The notes: generated by a model not told the origin, from the letters alone. Positions 1 through 9,999 are shown, numbered from the stretch's first letter. The stretch is DNA of 64,000 nucleotides from Candidatus Ozemobacteraceae bacterium (GCA_965140445.1 OZ223236.1:3138498-3202497), one strand, 5' to 3'. Numbers and translations are program-made.

Positions 1-243
1 AATGGTTTCAAAAAGAACTCTCATGTTTGCCATTGCAGCCTTTGAGAAAAGATTCTTGGGCGCAGCTTCATATTCTGCTGGCCTCGATTCACCAAAACCC
101 AATGTTGTAAGTCTGTTTGGCGCAACAATGCCTTCGTTTATAAGATATTGTTCAACATTTCTCGCACGTCTTTCACTTAAAAGCTGATTATAGGCTTTTG
201 ATCCTGATGCGGATGTATAACCTGCAATGCGAACTTTTATTAA
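1..243 (-). pseudogene. OmpA-like C-terminal domain remnant (minus strand, runs off window start); no start codon, preceded by in-frame TAA-CTT-TAA
   Basis: Reverse-strand translation gives ...RIAGYTSASGSKAYNQLLSERRARNVEQYLINEGIVAPNRLTTLGFGESRPAEY...MRVLFETI, matching the second half of the OmpA/MotB peptidoglycan-binding domain (GYTD.GS..YN..LS.RRA..V..YL). The upstream in-frame codons contain two TAA stops and no ATG/GTG/TTG. Confidence 0.35.
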
Positions 244-598
244 GTTTTGTTAAAGTTAAAATGCAGAAATGCCTAATCCTCCTGAGTGCATTTCTGTTAG
301 AACATTTGAGGCAATTGAATCTTGTAGGTTTAAAAAATACCGTTTTTTTTTATTTTCAAATTGCCCCAATAATAAATTACTTCTAAAGACCAAATTTCAA
401 AATCAGCTGTTATCCCTAAAAAACTAGTGCAAGCTAACTACTTTCACTCTTGAAAATCCCTTTGCGAGTCTTTTTCTAAAATGAAAAATTCTGGATTGAA
501 ATAATCCAGAATGGTTCGTCAATAATATTCAGATAATGGGAGAACTTGTTATATAATGATTTCCGTAATCTAATCAGTTAATGGCAGAAGTTAAGATT

Positions 599-1249
599 CT
601 AATTCGACACAAGGCCCTTTGAAATAGCGTATTTAACCAAACCCACAGAATTTTTTAAACCCAACTTTTGCGAAAGATTTGCTCTATGATTTTCGACGGT
701 GTGAATACTCAAACAAAGATCAAGGGCGATTTGTTTGTTTGACATTTCCTGAGCGATCATACAAAGAATTTGCTTTTCTCTCCTGGTAAGTATCTCGACG
801 GAAGGCAGGCTATCGTTTTCCAAAATCAGGAGTTGTCTTTCAGCCAGTAGTTTGTTTACGGAAGGGGCGATATACATCTTGCCTCTGAGTATCTTTTCTA
901 TGGCTCGGGGGAGTTCGTCGCCAGCATCTTCTTTGGACATAAAACCCGATGCGCCAAAGGACTTTGCTTTCTGGAAATGGGTAAAATCATTAAGCATGGA
1001 AAGCATGAGAACCTTTATCTGAGAATATTGGCTATTGATCTCTTTTAAAGCTGTTAGTCCGTCCATTTCAGGCATGGCAATGTCCAGTATTACCAGGTCA
1101 CAGGCAATTGTTTTTAGCATTTCAAGGAGATCATTACCATTTTGAACCTCGCCAACAACCTTCCATTCAGGAAATTTCGAGATAATACTCTTCATTCCAT
1201 CGCGAAGAATACTGTGATCGTCTGCCAAAATAATTCTACATTCTTTCAT
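599..1249 (-). CDS. NarL/FixJ-family response regulator (receiver + LuxR-type HTH)
   Basis: The receiver domain has ILADDH...D...LDIAMPEMDG. The C-terminal LuxR HTH reads LTRREKQILCMIAQEMSNKQIALDLCLSIHTVENHRANLSQKLG. It lies immediately downstream of a HisKA_3 kinase. Confidence 0.9.
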   Translation of the reverse strand: MKECRIILADDHSILRDGMKSIISKFPEWKVVGEVQNGNDLLEMLKTIACDLVILDIAMPEMDGLTALKEINSQYSQIKVLMLSMLNDFTHFQKAKSFGASGFMSKEDAGDELPRAIEKILRGKMYIAPSVNKLLAERQLLILENDSLPSVEILTRREKQILCMIAQEMSNKQIALDLCLSIHTVENHRANLSQKLGLKNSVGLVKYAISKGLVSN

Positions 1250-1251
1250 GG

Positions 1252-3072
1252 CTATTTTTTCTCCTTAACTGGTATTGATAACTTTATTGAAGTGCCTTTT
1301 CCTGGTTGAGATCTAATAGTGACGAAGCCAAGTATTAGAGAAGCCTGCTCTTTCATAAGGGCAAGACCAAGGCCTTTGCATGAAGAAGCTTTTGAAGGAT
1401 TAAACCCTCTACCATTATCGATTATCTCAATGGTTAAAAGGTCATTTGTACAGATTGCTTTAACTTGTACACTTGTGGCATACCCATGTTTTATTACATT
1501 TTGAAGAGCTTCTTGAATAATGCGGTATATAATAATTTCATTATCCTTTAAGCTTGCCTGGTCAACATTCTTATGGAAGAAGGAAATTTTTAAGTTCTTA
1601 TTTTGCATCGCTGATTCAGTCAAATTTTTAATGGCAGGAATCAGGCCTGCATACCTTAAACCTGGAGGGGATAACTCATGGGCCAGATTACGAGTATCAT
1701 TGACAATTTTATCCAATTGAGCTTTTATCTGGGTGAAAACTGAGGCTAATTTAGTGTCATAAAAAGAAAATTCGGAAGCTGCTATGCTGGTAAAGAGTTT
1801 CAGGGAAATTAGTGACTGGCCAAATTCTGAATGAAGCACTTGAGAAATACGACTTCGCTCTTTCTCCTGTGCCATTATTATTCGTCCAGGAAGTTCCTGT
1901 AATGATGCAAATATGCGGTTGTGATCGGTAACATCGCGTTCAGTGGTTGTGATGGCTACAATTTTTCCATCCTGGACCATTCTGGTTACCTTTAAGGATA
2001 TGTCCAGAATAGAACCATCTTGAGCGGTACGTTTAGTTTCAAAAGGTTTAATCAACACACCAGCACAAATGTCTTTTAGTAGTTGTTCGGTCTCCAACCT
2101 TAAACAAGAGGGAGTCAAATCAAAGATTGTCCTTTTCAATGCTTCAGATGTGGAATACCCATATAATTCTTCAGCTCTTCGGTTCCATGCTTTTATATTC
2201 CCTTGCAAATCAAGCAGGGAAATGGCGTCATTGGAATCATCAACTACTGTGAATAGTCGATGTTGAAGGTGATTGTCATCTACTAAACAAGAAACCGGCG
2301 GAAGTTCATTTTTTTCTAAGAAATCCACAGTTTGCGCCGAATGTTCATTCAACTTGGGTAGACCAATTTGGGAATTATTTGTCCAAAAATCACCGACCGC
2401 TGCACCATTCTTTTTTGCTAGGCGATTGGCAGCTAAAACTTTTCTATTTTTACTTATAAGTATTGCCGGTTGAGGGAGAAGGTTCAAAAGCATTTCATTG
2501 CGCTCAGCGCTTTCCTTAAGGGCCATCAAATTCATTTTGTTTTCATTGATATTTATTATTGATATGCGAATTTCGATGGGAATTCCTCGCCCAAGGTGTA
2601 CAGCTACACTTTCAAGACGAGCAAAAAAGGTTTCACCAGAGAATTTGCAAAGTTTCAGTTCACAAGATTCCTGAGTGTTACTCATTCTAACTTTTTTAAG
2701 GTGGAAATAGAAAACATCCTGGGAATTAAAATCAACAAAATCCGTAAAAGAGCTTTGCTTTAGTAAGGACTTTTCAATGTCGAAAAGCTTTGCCGCAGTT
2801 AGATTTGCTTCGAAAATTTTCTCTTTTCCTCTAAGGGAAAGATACCCTACTGGTGCGAAATCATACAGGTCAATATACTTGGCTTGTATTTTTTGGGTTT
2901 CTTCGTGGGCCAGAAAAAGAGCTTCATTTTGCATTTCCAGCTCTATCTGGTGGGTACGAAGTTCAGCAATAAGCTTTGCCGGGTTTTGTGTAGAAAAGTC
3001 TTTTTTTAGATCAGCTTTTGCATTTTTTTCTTTTTGGACTCGATCTCTCAGGTCGGTTTTAACCTTTTTCAC
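1252..3072 (-). CDS. PAS-domain sensor histidine kinase, HisKA_3/NarX-like
   Basis: N-terminal coiled coil plus the YIDLYDFAPVGY PAS-associated motif. The HisKA_3 H-box is HSEFGQSL...LHELSPPGL and the HATPase_c has a DNGRGF G-box. There is a 2-nt gap to the cognate NarL-type regulator. Confidence 0.85.
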   Translation of the reverse strand: MKKVKTDLRDRVQKEKNAKADLKKDFSTQNPAKLIAELRTHQIELEMQNEALFLAHEETQKIQAKYIDLYDFAPVGYLSLRGKEKIFEANLTAAKLFDIEKSLLKQSSFTDFVDFNSQDVFYFHLKKVRMSNTQESCELKLCKFSGETFFARLESVAVHLGRGIPIEIRISIININENKMNLMALKESAERNEMLLNLLPQPAILISKNRKVLAANRLAKKNGAAVGDFWTNNSQIGLPKLNEHSAQTVDFLEKNELPPVSCLVDDNHLQHRLFTVVDDSNDAISLLDLQGNIKAWNRRAEELYGYSTSEALKRTIFDLTPSCLRLETEQLLKDICAGVLIKPFETKRTAQDGSILDISLKVTRMVQDGKIVAITTTERDVTDHNRIFASLQELPGRIIMAQEKERSRISQVLHSEFGQSLISLKLFTSIAASEFSFYDTKLASVFTQIKAQLDKIVNDTRNLAHELSPPGLRYAGLIPAIKNLTESAMQNKNLKISFFHKNVDQASLKDNEIIIYRIIQEALQNVIKHGYATSVQVKAICTNDLLTIEIIDNGRGFNPSKASSCKGLGLALMKEQASLILGFVTIRSQPGKGTSIKLSIPVKEKK

Positions 3073-3580
3073 GTTCTGACACCGTTATTCCCGCGCAAGC
3101 GGATTTTTCCCACTGGAAAAATGTAGATTCCAGCCTGGTTACAAAGCAGAAAGTTGATTTAATCTGGCTGGTAGTTTAGTCAGGACATTTGTGATTAAAA
3201 TCTGTATTAGTAATAGCAACTATAGTTTGTAAGGCTTGCAATGGTCAAGGCATTTATTTTGGGTGAATTTTTTACAAGCACTTACCCAGAATTTCTTGCT
3301 GATAATATTTTAGCTAAATTGATTAATTAAAATTTGGAATAAGGCAAAGTAACTGGGAGCATTATTTGAAGAATGCTTTGTTATGCATTTTAAAAGTATT
3401 TACGAAACCAGTGGGGAATTATTCTAAAATTTTAAAATAGTAATAATCTATTATTTTTTTGAGTGTTTCAAAGGATGTTTCAAAACATTCAGCGTTGTTA
3501 TTATGAAGTAGTTGCGGAAAAGTTAACATTTGGCCTGAAATGCATCATGCGAAAACAAAGAATACCAGGAGATATCATAA

Positions 3581-3880
3581 ATGAAATTAAAAGGTTTTTT
3601 AATTATAGGTTTATTTACAGTTGCTTTCTTTGGAGCTTTTTTTTGGACAGGTTGCTGCGAAAAGCAGGACTCTGAATCTCAATCTGAAACAGGACCGGCT
3701 GAGGAAGCCGGCGCTAAATTGGACGAGACCATGGGAAAGGCTGGAGACAAAGCCAAAAAATTATTGGATGAAGCCAATGAAAAAATAAAAAAAGCGGCCA
3801 AAAAAACTGGCGAAGTTCTTGAAAGTGCTGGAGCAGCACTTGAGAAATCCGGTGAAGATATGCAGAAAGAGAAAAACTAG
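3581..3880 (+). CDS. small lipoprotein, Lys/Glu/Ala-rich, hypothetical
   Basis: Signal peptide followed by Cys (FFWTGCCEK). AGGAG RBS 6 nt upstream. Low-complexity charged C-terminus. Confidence 0.5.
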   Translation: MKLKGFLIIGLFTVAFFGAFFWTGCCEKQDSESQSETGPAEEAGAKLDETMGKAGDKAKKLLDEANEKIKKAAKKTGEVLESAGAALEKSGEDMQKEKN

Positions 3881-3951
3881 AAACAAATCCTAACTAAGAA
3901 TGTCCTGATCAAACGTTGCTAAGCAAAAAAATTAAATGAGGAGGATTTATT

Positions 3952-4362
3952 TTGGCAATACTGGGCAAAAAGAAAAGTTACTGGGTAAATTTCATAATTA
4001 TAGCCAAACCAGGAAGCAGAGTATATGTGGCAGGAACATTTAACAACTGGGATCCGAAAGCTAATCCTCTAATTGAAGGTGCTGGCAAAGGAAACTTCAT
4101 AACAGAAATCCTTGTCCCTTTTGGAGAACACGAATACAAGTTTATTGTAAACGATCGGTGGCAAATTGATCCTTCTTGTAACAATCAGGTTTTGAACCCG
4201 TTTGGTTCTCAAAATAGTGTTGTTTCTACTAAAATGCATAAAACAAAAGCAAAGATTTCCTCGATGGAGTTTTTTTATGGTTTACCAAAAATTTCTACAG
4301 TTAGAATTAATGATTGGCTAAGGTCCCTTTGTATATCTGATCAGAAGGAATTAGTATCTTAA
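3952..4362 (+). CDS. standalone CBM48 / AMPK-beta-type glycogen-binding domain protein (TTG start)
   Basis: VYVAGTFNNWDP...GEHEYKFIVNDRWQIDP matches the AMPK beta GBD/CBM48 core (VYLSGSFNNW...GEHQYKFFVDGQWTHDP). GAGGAGG RBS lies before the TTG start. Confidence 0.7.
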   Translation: MAILGKKKSYWVNFIIIAKPGSRVYVAGTFNNWDPKANPLIEGAGKGNFITEILVPFGEHEYKFIVNDRWQIDPSCNNQVLNPFGSQNSVVSTKMHKTKAKISSMEFFYGLPKISTVRINDWLRSLCISDQKELVS

Positions 4363-4801
4363 AAAAAATGTCAATTTAAGAGTGGATAAACCCCGAATAG
4401 ATACAATTAGAGAGAGAAAAGTTTGAATTAATTCATCCTGCATAAAACAGGAAAGCTATTTCTGGTGAGTTTAATTTTGAAATTTAATGGTTTTATAGCG
4501 CAAAAACCATATTTTACTCCAAAAACTGGAGCAAGAAAATAATTGAACTCACTACACAAAAAATTTGCTAAGCCCTCTGATGTTATGTAGGATAAATAAA
4601 AGATAAAAGTTTGATCTTTAAGAGGGGAACATTAGATTACAGTTTTTGTCCAATCTGGCTTTTATTTTTCCCACGTTTCTAGATAAAAAAATACAATAGT
4701 TTTTTAACTGATCGATCAAAAAGCAAACCTGAAAAAAAAAGCAAGGTTCCTTTGGTTGATACACCTAATACAGTACTTGGCATTATTACCAGGGGGAAAA
4801 C

Positions 4802-7777
4802 TTGGCCAAAAACAAAAAAGCTAAACCTGCCAGGAAAAATCAGTTGAGTATCTCTTGCGGGAAACAAATTGGTTTTCCAGTGAAAACCACGTTCCCAATA
4901 GTGGGCATAGGTGCCTCGGCCGGTGGATTAGAAGCCTTTGAAGATTTTTTCAGTTCTATGGATGAACCCATCGGAGCTGCCTTTATTCTGGTGAGCCATC
5001 TTGATCCCAATCACGTCAGTATTCTACCTGAACTAATTCAGAAAAAAACAACGATGAAAGTTCATCAGGTTTTGGATAATAAGAAAGTTTTACCGAATCA
5101 GGTTTATATCATACCCCCAAATAAGGAATTGGCAATTTTAAATGGGACTTTGCAACTATTGGAAATCAATACTGCTCGACCACATATTCTGCTAATTGAT
5201 ACATTTTTCCGCTCTCTCGCTGAGGATCAGGGGAATATGGCTATCGGCATTGTTCTCTCTGGAACAGGCACTGACGGGACTTTAGGCATTCGAGCCATTA
5301 AGGGAGAAGGTGGGATGGTCATGGCTCAAGATGTAGAGTCTGCCAAGTTCGATGGTATGCCAGAAAGTGCCATAGAAACAGGGATGATAGATTATATTTT
5401 GCCGCCAGCCAAAATGGGCAAGCAACTATTAGAGTATGTTAAACATATGTCTGTGAAACAGCCAAGCAATACAGAGAGTGCTCTGCAAAAAATATTTGTT
5501 ATACTGCGGTCCGCTACTGGTCATGATTTTTCACATTATAAACAAAACACAATCTTTCGCCGCATTGAACGGAGAATGCACATTCATCAGATTGATGCTA
5601 TTCAGGATTATATCCGCTATCTTCAGACTTCTGAGAATGAGGCCACAATTCTTTTTAATGAATTGTTGATTGGAGTAACATGTTTCTTCAGAGATCCTGA
5701 AGCTTTTTTATCCTTAAAGGAAAAATATCTACCAGAATTTTTGGCAGATAAACCAGATGATTATCAGGTTAGGATTTGGGTTCCAGGTTGTTCAACGGGC
5801 GAAGAGGTCTACTCCATTGCTATCTTGTTTCAAGAGTGCATGGAGATAATGAAACGGAATTTTTCGGTCCAGATTTTTGGAACGGACCTTGATGAAAAAG
5901 CCATCAGCTTTGCCAGAGCAGGTATTTACCCTGAATCTGTTTTTGCTGACATTTCTTTGCCCAGATTAAGAACATTTTTTACTAAAGATGAGAACCATTA
6001 CAAGATAAAAAAAAGCATTCGGGAAATAGTTATCTTTGCTCAACAGAATGTTATTAAGGATCCCCCTTTTACCAAACTTGATTTAATCTGTTGTCGCAAT
6101 TTGCTTATCTACTTTGACCAGGAGTTGCAGAAAAAACTTTTGCCCATCTTTCACTACAGTCTTAAACCGGGTGGCCTTCTTTTTCTTGGGTCATCCGAAT
6201 CTGTTACTCAAGCCTCGGATCTTTTTTCCTCACTGGATAAAAAGTGGAAAATTTTCAGATGCCAAAATTCCTTTAAAGGAGTTTCCACTGTTTTAAATTT
6301 TCAATCCACAGGAACCATTGGAGCGATTACGGAAAAAATCTCTAATTCCAAAACAAGGAAGCTTTCGAACAATATGAATCCAATCAAACTATTGAAATCA
6401 ATTATTGCACAGAGTGATATGTCGACTTTTGTGGTTATTGATGAGCAATGCAATATTCTTTATTTCCATGGACGAACAGGAAGCTATCTTGAACCAGCGG
6501 AAGGAGAAGCAAGTCTTAATATTCTGGAAATGGCAAGACCTGGCTTGAAGTCTGAACTCAATAAGGCGATACGCAAAATGAAGACTGCGCAGAGCGAAGT
6601 TATAGTTAAGAATTTGCATGTGCTGGAAGATGCCGGGCATAAAATAAACCTTATTGTCAGGCCGTTGAATGATTTGCAAACAGAACATCGCGCTTTAATT
6701 ATGGTTATTTTTGAAGAAATTGCAATTTCTGGAAGCAAAGCCATTAGCGATACTACTAAGCCCAAAGGAAAAGTTAAAAAGGAAGAATTAATAAAACTCC
6801 AGGAAGAACTGCAGAATATGCGGGAAAGCCTGCATACAACAATTGAGGAACTGGAGACTGCTAATGAAGAGCAGAAGTCTACAAACGAGGAATTGCAGAG
6901 CACAAATGAAGAGTTGCAAAGCACCAATGAAGAATTGGAAACTTCAAAAGAAGAGCTTCAGTCGTTAAATGAAGAATCGGGGACAGTAAATCTAGAGTTA
7001 CAAAGTAGAATTGATGAGCTTGAGACAGCCAATGACGACATGAAAAACCTTTTAGATGCAACCGAGATTGCCACCATCTTTCTTGATATTGATCTTAACA
7101 TCAGGCGTTTTACTTCAAAAGCAACTGAGTTAATTTCTCTAACGAGCTCAGATATTGGGCGTCCAGTAAGCCATTTTACAACTAAGCTTAAAAAAACCAA
7201 CCTGGCCAAGTATGCCAAAGCGGTATTGGATGATCTTGCAACAAGGGAAGTTGAAGTTGAAGATACGGTTGGATCAACCTTTCGTATGCGGCTCAGACCC
7301 TATCGTACAACCAATAATGTTATCGATGGGGTGGTAATAATCTTTGATGATCTTAGCGAAATGAAACAAATCGTAAAGGCAAAGCGGCTGGCCGTAATTG
7401 TTGAAGATTCCAATGACGCAATCATTCTGCATGATTTTTCTGGAAACATTTCTGCATGGAACAAAGGCGCAGAAAAGATGTATGGCTATTCAGAAGCCGA
7501 GGCTTTATCCATGAACATCCTTGATACTTTACCCAAAGAGAAAAAAAAGGAAACACAGCTTTTCCTTTCAAGGTTAAAGATAGATGATGATTCCTTAAAG
7601 CCTTTTATACTGGATAGAATCAGGAGAGACGGTACTATTGCTTCAGTTTGGGCCACTTTCACCCTTTTAAAAAATCAGGATAATAGTCTGGATGCCGTAG
7701 CAACAACAGAAAGAGATTTAAGCCTCCTGAATAAAGATGCCCTTTTAAAACTTACAGGGGGAAACCATGATAAATGA
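4802..7777 (+). CDS. CheB methylesterase - CheR methyltransferase - PAS fusion protein with heptad coiled-coil linker
   Basis: N-terminal CheB_methylest motifs (VGIGASAGGLEAF, GTGTDGTLGIRAIK). Central CheR SAM-MTase motifs (FFRD, VWVPGCSTGEEVYS, CRNLLIYF). STNEELQ heptad repeats and a C-terminal PAS domain. TTG start with GGGGGA RBS. Confidence 0.85.
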   Translation: MAKNKKAKPARKNQLSISCGKQIGFPVKTTFPIVGIGASAGGLEAFEDFFSSMDEPIGAAFILVSHLDPNHVSILPELIQKKTTMKVHQVLDNKKVLPNQVYIIPPNKELAILNGTLQLLEINTARPHILLIDTFFRSLAEDQGNMAIGIVLSGTGTDGTLGIRAIKGEGGMVMAQDVESAKFDGMPESAIETGMIDYILPPAKMGKQLLEYVKHMSVKQPSNTESALQKIFVILRSATGHDFSHYKQNTIFRRIERRMHIHQIDAIQDYIRYLQTSENEATILFNELLIGVTCFFRDPEAFLSLKEKYLPEFLADKPDDYQVRIWVPGCSTGEEVYSIAILFQECMEIMKRNFSVQIFGTDLDEKAISFARAGIYPESVFADISLPRLRTFFTKDENHYKIKKSIREIVIFAQQNVIKDPPFTKLDLICCRNLLIYFDQELQKKLLPIFHYSLKPGGLLFLGSSESVTQASDLFSSLDKKWKIFRCQNSFKGVSTVLNFQSTGTIGAITEKISNSKTRKLSNNMNPIKLLKSIIAQSDMSTFVVIDEQCNILYFHGRTGSYLEPAEGEASLNILEMARPGLKSELNKAIRKMKTAQSEVIVKNLHVLEDAGHKINLIVRPLNDLQTEHRALIMVIFEEIAISGSKAISDTTKPKGKVKKEELIKLQEELQNMRESLHTTIEELETANEEQKSTNEELQSTNEELQSTNEELETSKEELQSLNEESGTVNLELQSRIDELETANDDMKNLLDATEIATIFLDIDLNIRRFTSKATELISLTSSDIGRPVSHFTTKLKKTNLAKYAKAVLDDLATREVEVEDTVGSTFRMRLRPYRTTNNVIDGVVIIFDDLSEMKQIVKAKRLAVIVEDSNDAIILHDFSGNISAWNKGAEKMYGYSEAEALSMNILDTLPKEKKKETQLFLSRLKIDDDSLKPFILDRIRRDGTIASVWATFTLLKNQDNSLDAVATTERDLSLLNKDALLKLTGGNHDK
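6855..6980 (+). repeat. 21-nt periodic coding repeat (heptad STNEELQ x5) inside the CheBR-PAS gene
   Basis: acaaacgaggaattgcagagc / acaaatgaagagttgcaaagc / accaatgaagaattggaaact... show direct 21-nt periodicity. An antisense 147-aa ORF here is a shadow. Confidence 0.6.
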
Positions 7778-9860
7778 GAATTTCCAAGGATCAGATAAAT
7801 TTGCCAAACTACGAAAGAGGGCTCAGATTTACTTGTTTGCAAACCCGAAAGAGACTGTTAAATTTTCTCAGGAAGATGTTAAAAAGCTGGTACACGAACT
7901 TGATACTTATCAAGTCGAACTTGAATTACAAAATAAAGATCTTCGTGAAGCTCAGCTTGAGCTTGAAAAATCTCGCCACCGTCTTTCTGATCTCTATGAT
8001 TTTGCTCCAGTAGGGTATTTAACTATAAGTAGCAAAGGACTTATTGTAGAGGCAAACCTTGCGGCATCAGAGATGGTTGGTGTTGACAGGAGAGGCCTTT
8101 TAAACCAGCCTTTATTCAAATTTCTTTGTGAAGCAGATCAGGATATACATTATAAATGTCGAAAAAAACTCCTTGATTCAAAAGAACCTCAAACTTACAG
8201 TCTACGTATGAAAAAACTTGATGGAAGCGTTTTTCATGCCCAGTTAAAAACGGTTGTTACTCCAAACGTTGATGGTAAAGATGGACAATTCAGATTAAAC
8301 TTTACGGATATAACTGAGCAAAAACAACTTGAAAATGCTCTCAAAGAAAGTAAAGAAGAATGGGAAAAAACATTTGATTCCATGAATGATATTGTCACTC
8401 TCATGGATAAAAACTTTTGTATTATAAGGGCTAATAAAAAGGCCCATGAATTTTTTGAAGCAAAATCGGGAGAATTAAAGGGCCATTATTGCTATGAACT
8501 TTTTAGGGATTCCAATGTTCCATGCGCTGATTGTAATATTGTTAAAGCTATCTCAGGCGAAAAAATACATAGCGAAAAAACAATCGAACACAATAAGTTT
8601 AATAAAATATTTCAGGTCTCTTTTTCCTCCGTGCTAGATAGTGATGGAAAATTTCAACGTCTGATACATATTGCCAAAGACATTACCGAAATTAGAGCCT
8701 TGGAAGAAAAGCTCTATCAATCCCATAAAATGGAGGCAATGGGTACTTTAGCTGGTGGGATTGCTCATGATTTTAACAACATTCTTGCATCTATATTGGG
8801 CTTTGCTAGTTTGATAAAAGAAGAATCAGCAGATTCGCCCGCTTTAAAAGGGTACGTTTCTCAAATATTAAAATCAGGAAATCGTGCTAAAGAATTGGTA
8901 AAGCAAATTCTAGCTTTCAGTAGAAAAAAACATGGGCAAAAGCTGGAAACGATGCAACCCCAAATTTTAATAAAAGAGATACTGCAAATGTTACGGTCTT
9001 CTTTGCCCTCGACAATAGAAATCATAGGTAAGATTGATTCTAGTTGTAACTGGATTCTTGCAGACCCAACCCAAATTCATCAAGTTGTTGTTAATCTCTT
9101 CAATAATGCCTTTCAAGCAATGGAAAATGAAAAGGGGATAATTTATGTAGAATTATCCAATGTCGTTTTAAAAGAAGAAGATTTGCAAGGAGAAACGGAT
9201 GTTTCCCCTGGTAATTTTGTTGAATTTGTAGTTCAAGATAATGGTTCAGGTATGGATAAAGATATTATTAAAAATATTTTTGAACCTTACTTTACTACAA
9301 AGGAAGTTGGAAAAGGCTCTGGGATTGGGTTAGCCGTGGTTCATGGCATAGTAAAGAACCATGGAGGACTAGTAAGAGTAAAAAGTGAAGTAGCAAAAGG
9401 TTCAACTTTCCGCGTTTATTTTCCAGCAAAAGATAGAATTGAACCTATAGTAATTCCAGATGAAGAAGAAAAGTTGTTGAAAGGCACCGAAAGAATACTT
9501 GTTGTGGATGATGAAGAAATGGTCGTCAACTATATGGAGGAATTTCTAAAACTACAGGGCTATAATGTTACCTCACATACTAGTAGCGTTGATGCCTTAA
9601 ATGATTTTGTCTCAAGACCCCAGGAATTTGATCTTGTCATAACCGATCAGACAATGCCCAAAATGACAGGAATGGAGTTATCTAAGAAGTTGATGGAAGT
9701 TAGATATGATATTCCAGTAATTTTGTGCACAGGCTATAGTTCAATAGTTGATGAACAAAAAGCAAAGAGTATTGGTATAAAGCGGTTTGCAATGAAGCCC
9801 GTTGAGATGCAAGACCTTTTTAAAATTGTTCGAGAAGTAATTGATGAAAAATGCCCCTAG
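7767..9860 (+). CDS. PAS-containing hybrid sensor histidine kinase (HisKA + HATPase_c + C-terminal receiver)
   Basis: Coiled coil + LSDLYDFAPVGY motif. PAS with Cys-rich stretch. H-box MGTLAGGIAHDFNNIL. N, G1 and G2 boxes. Receiver ILVVDDEEMV...DLVITDQTMPKMTGMEL. Overlaps the upstream CheBR stop by 11 nt (ATGATAAATGA). Confidence 0.9.
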   Translation: MINENFQGSDKFAKLRKRAQIYLFANPKETVKFSQEDVKKLVHELDTYQVELELQNKDLREAQLELEKSRHRLSDLYDFAPVGYLTISSKGLIVEANLAASEMVGVDRRGLLNQPLFKFLCEADQDIHYKCRKKLLDSKEPQTYSLRMKKLDGSVFHAQLKTVVTPNVDGKDGQFRLNFTDITEQKQLENALKESKEEWEKTFDSMNDIVTLMDKNFCIIRANKKAHEFFEAKSGELKGHYCYELFRDSNVPCADCNIVKAISGEKIHSEKTIEHNKFNKIFQVSFSSVLDSDGKFQRLIHIAKDITEIRALEEKLYQSHKMEAMGTLAGGIAHDFNNILASILGFASLIKEESADSPALKGYVSQILKSGNRAKELVKQILAFSRKKHGQKLETMQPQILIKEILQMLRSSLPSTIEIIGKIDSSCNWILADPTQIHQVVVNLFNNAFQAMENEKGIIYVELSNVVLKEEDLQGETDVSPGNFVEFVVQDNGSGMDKDIIKNIFEPYFTTKEVGKGSGIGLAVVHGIVKNHGGLVRVKSEVAKGSTFRVYFPAKDRIEPIVIPDEEEKLLKGTERILVVDDEEMVVNYMEEFLKLQGYNVTSHTSSVDALNDFVSRPQEFDLVITDQTMPKMTGMELSKKLMEVRYDIPVILCTGYSSIVDEQKAKSIGIKRFAMKPVEMQDLFKIVREVIDEKCP

Positions 9861-9999
9861 AAGAGTCCCAAATTAATTATTGCAAATATCCAAAACTTTA
9901 TTTGCAAATCATTATAAGCACTAAATTTCCATTCGACAGAAATGATTAGTATACTAAGTGAACTTTTAGATTTAAAAATTAATTAATTTAAGGGTCGCC

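Noticed and set aside
2-187. Plus-strand 61-aa ORF at the window start
   Set aside because: The opposite strand encodes a recognisable OmpA-like domain over the same bases, so the plus ORF is a shadow.
244-260. In-frame TAA codons inside an OmpA-like reading frame, as possible stop-codon reassignment
   Set aside because: TAA and TAG terminate essentially every confident gene in the window (for example 10897-10899, 9858-9860). The standard code applies, so the lesion is a pseudogene or an error.
3096-3115. ccgc-GCAA-gcgg GNRA hairpin plus T-run on the plus strand
   Set aside because: No plus-strand gene ends upstream of it. It lies in the 5' leader region of the minus-strand kinase gene and is likely incidental.
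3480-3580. Sigma-54-like TGGC...TGCA element upstream of the lipoprotein gene
   Set aside because: The GG-to-GC spacing is 10 nt rather than the required 12.
6484-6927. 147-aa minus-strand ORF (plus 6398..6688 and 6958..7218) inside the CheBR-PAS gene
   Set aside because: Antisense shadow ORFs created by the low-complexity heptad-repeat coding region; Ser/Cys-rich nonsense composition.
9881-9910. AT-rich inverted repeat ttgcaaata...tatttgcaa after the hybrid kinase
   Set aside because: It has a hairpin but no T-run and low GC. It could be a weak terminator or an operator, and is not supportable as either.
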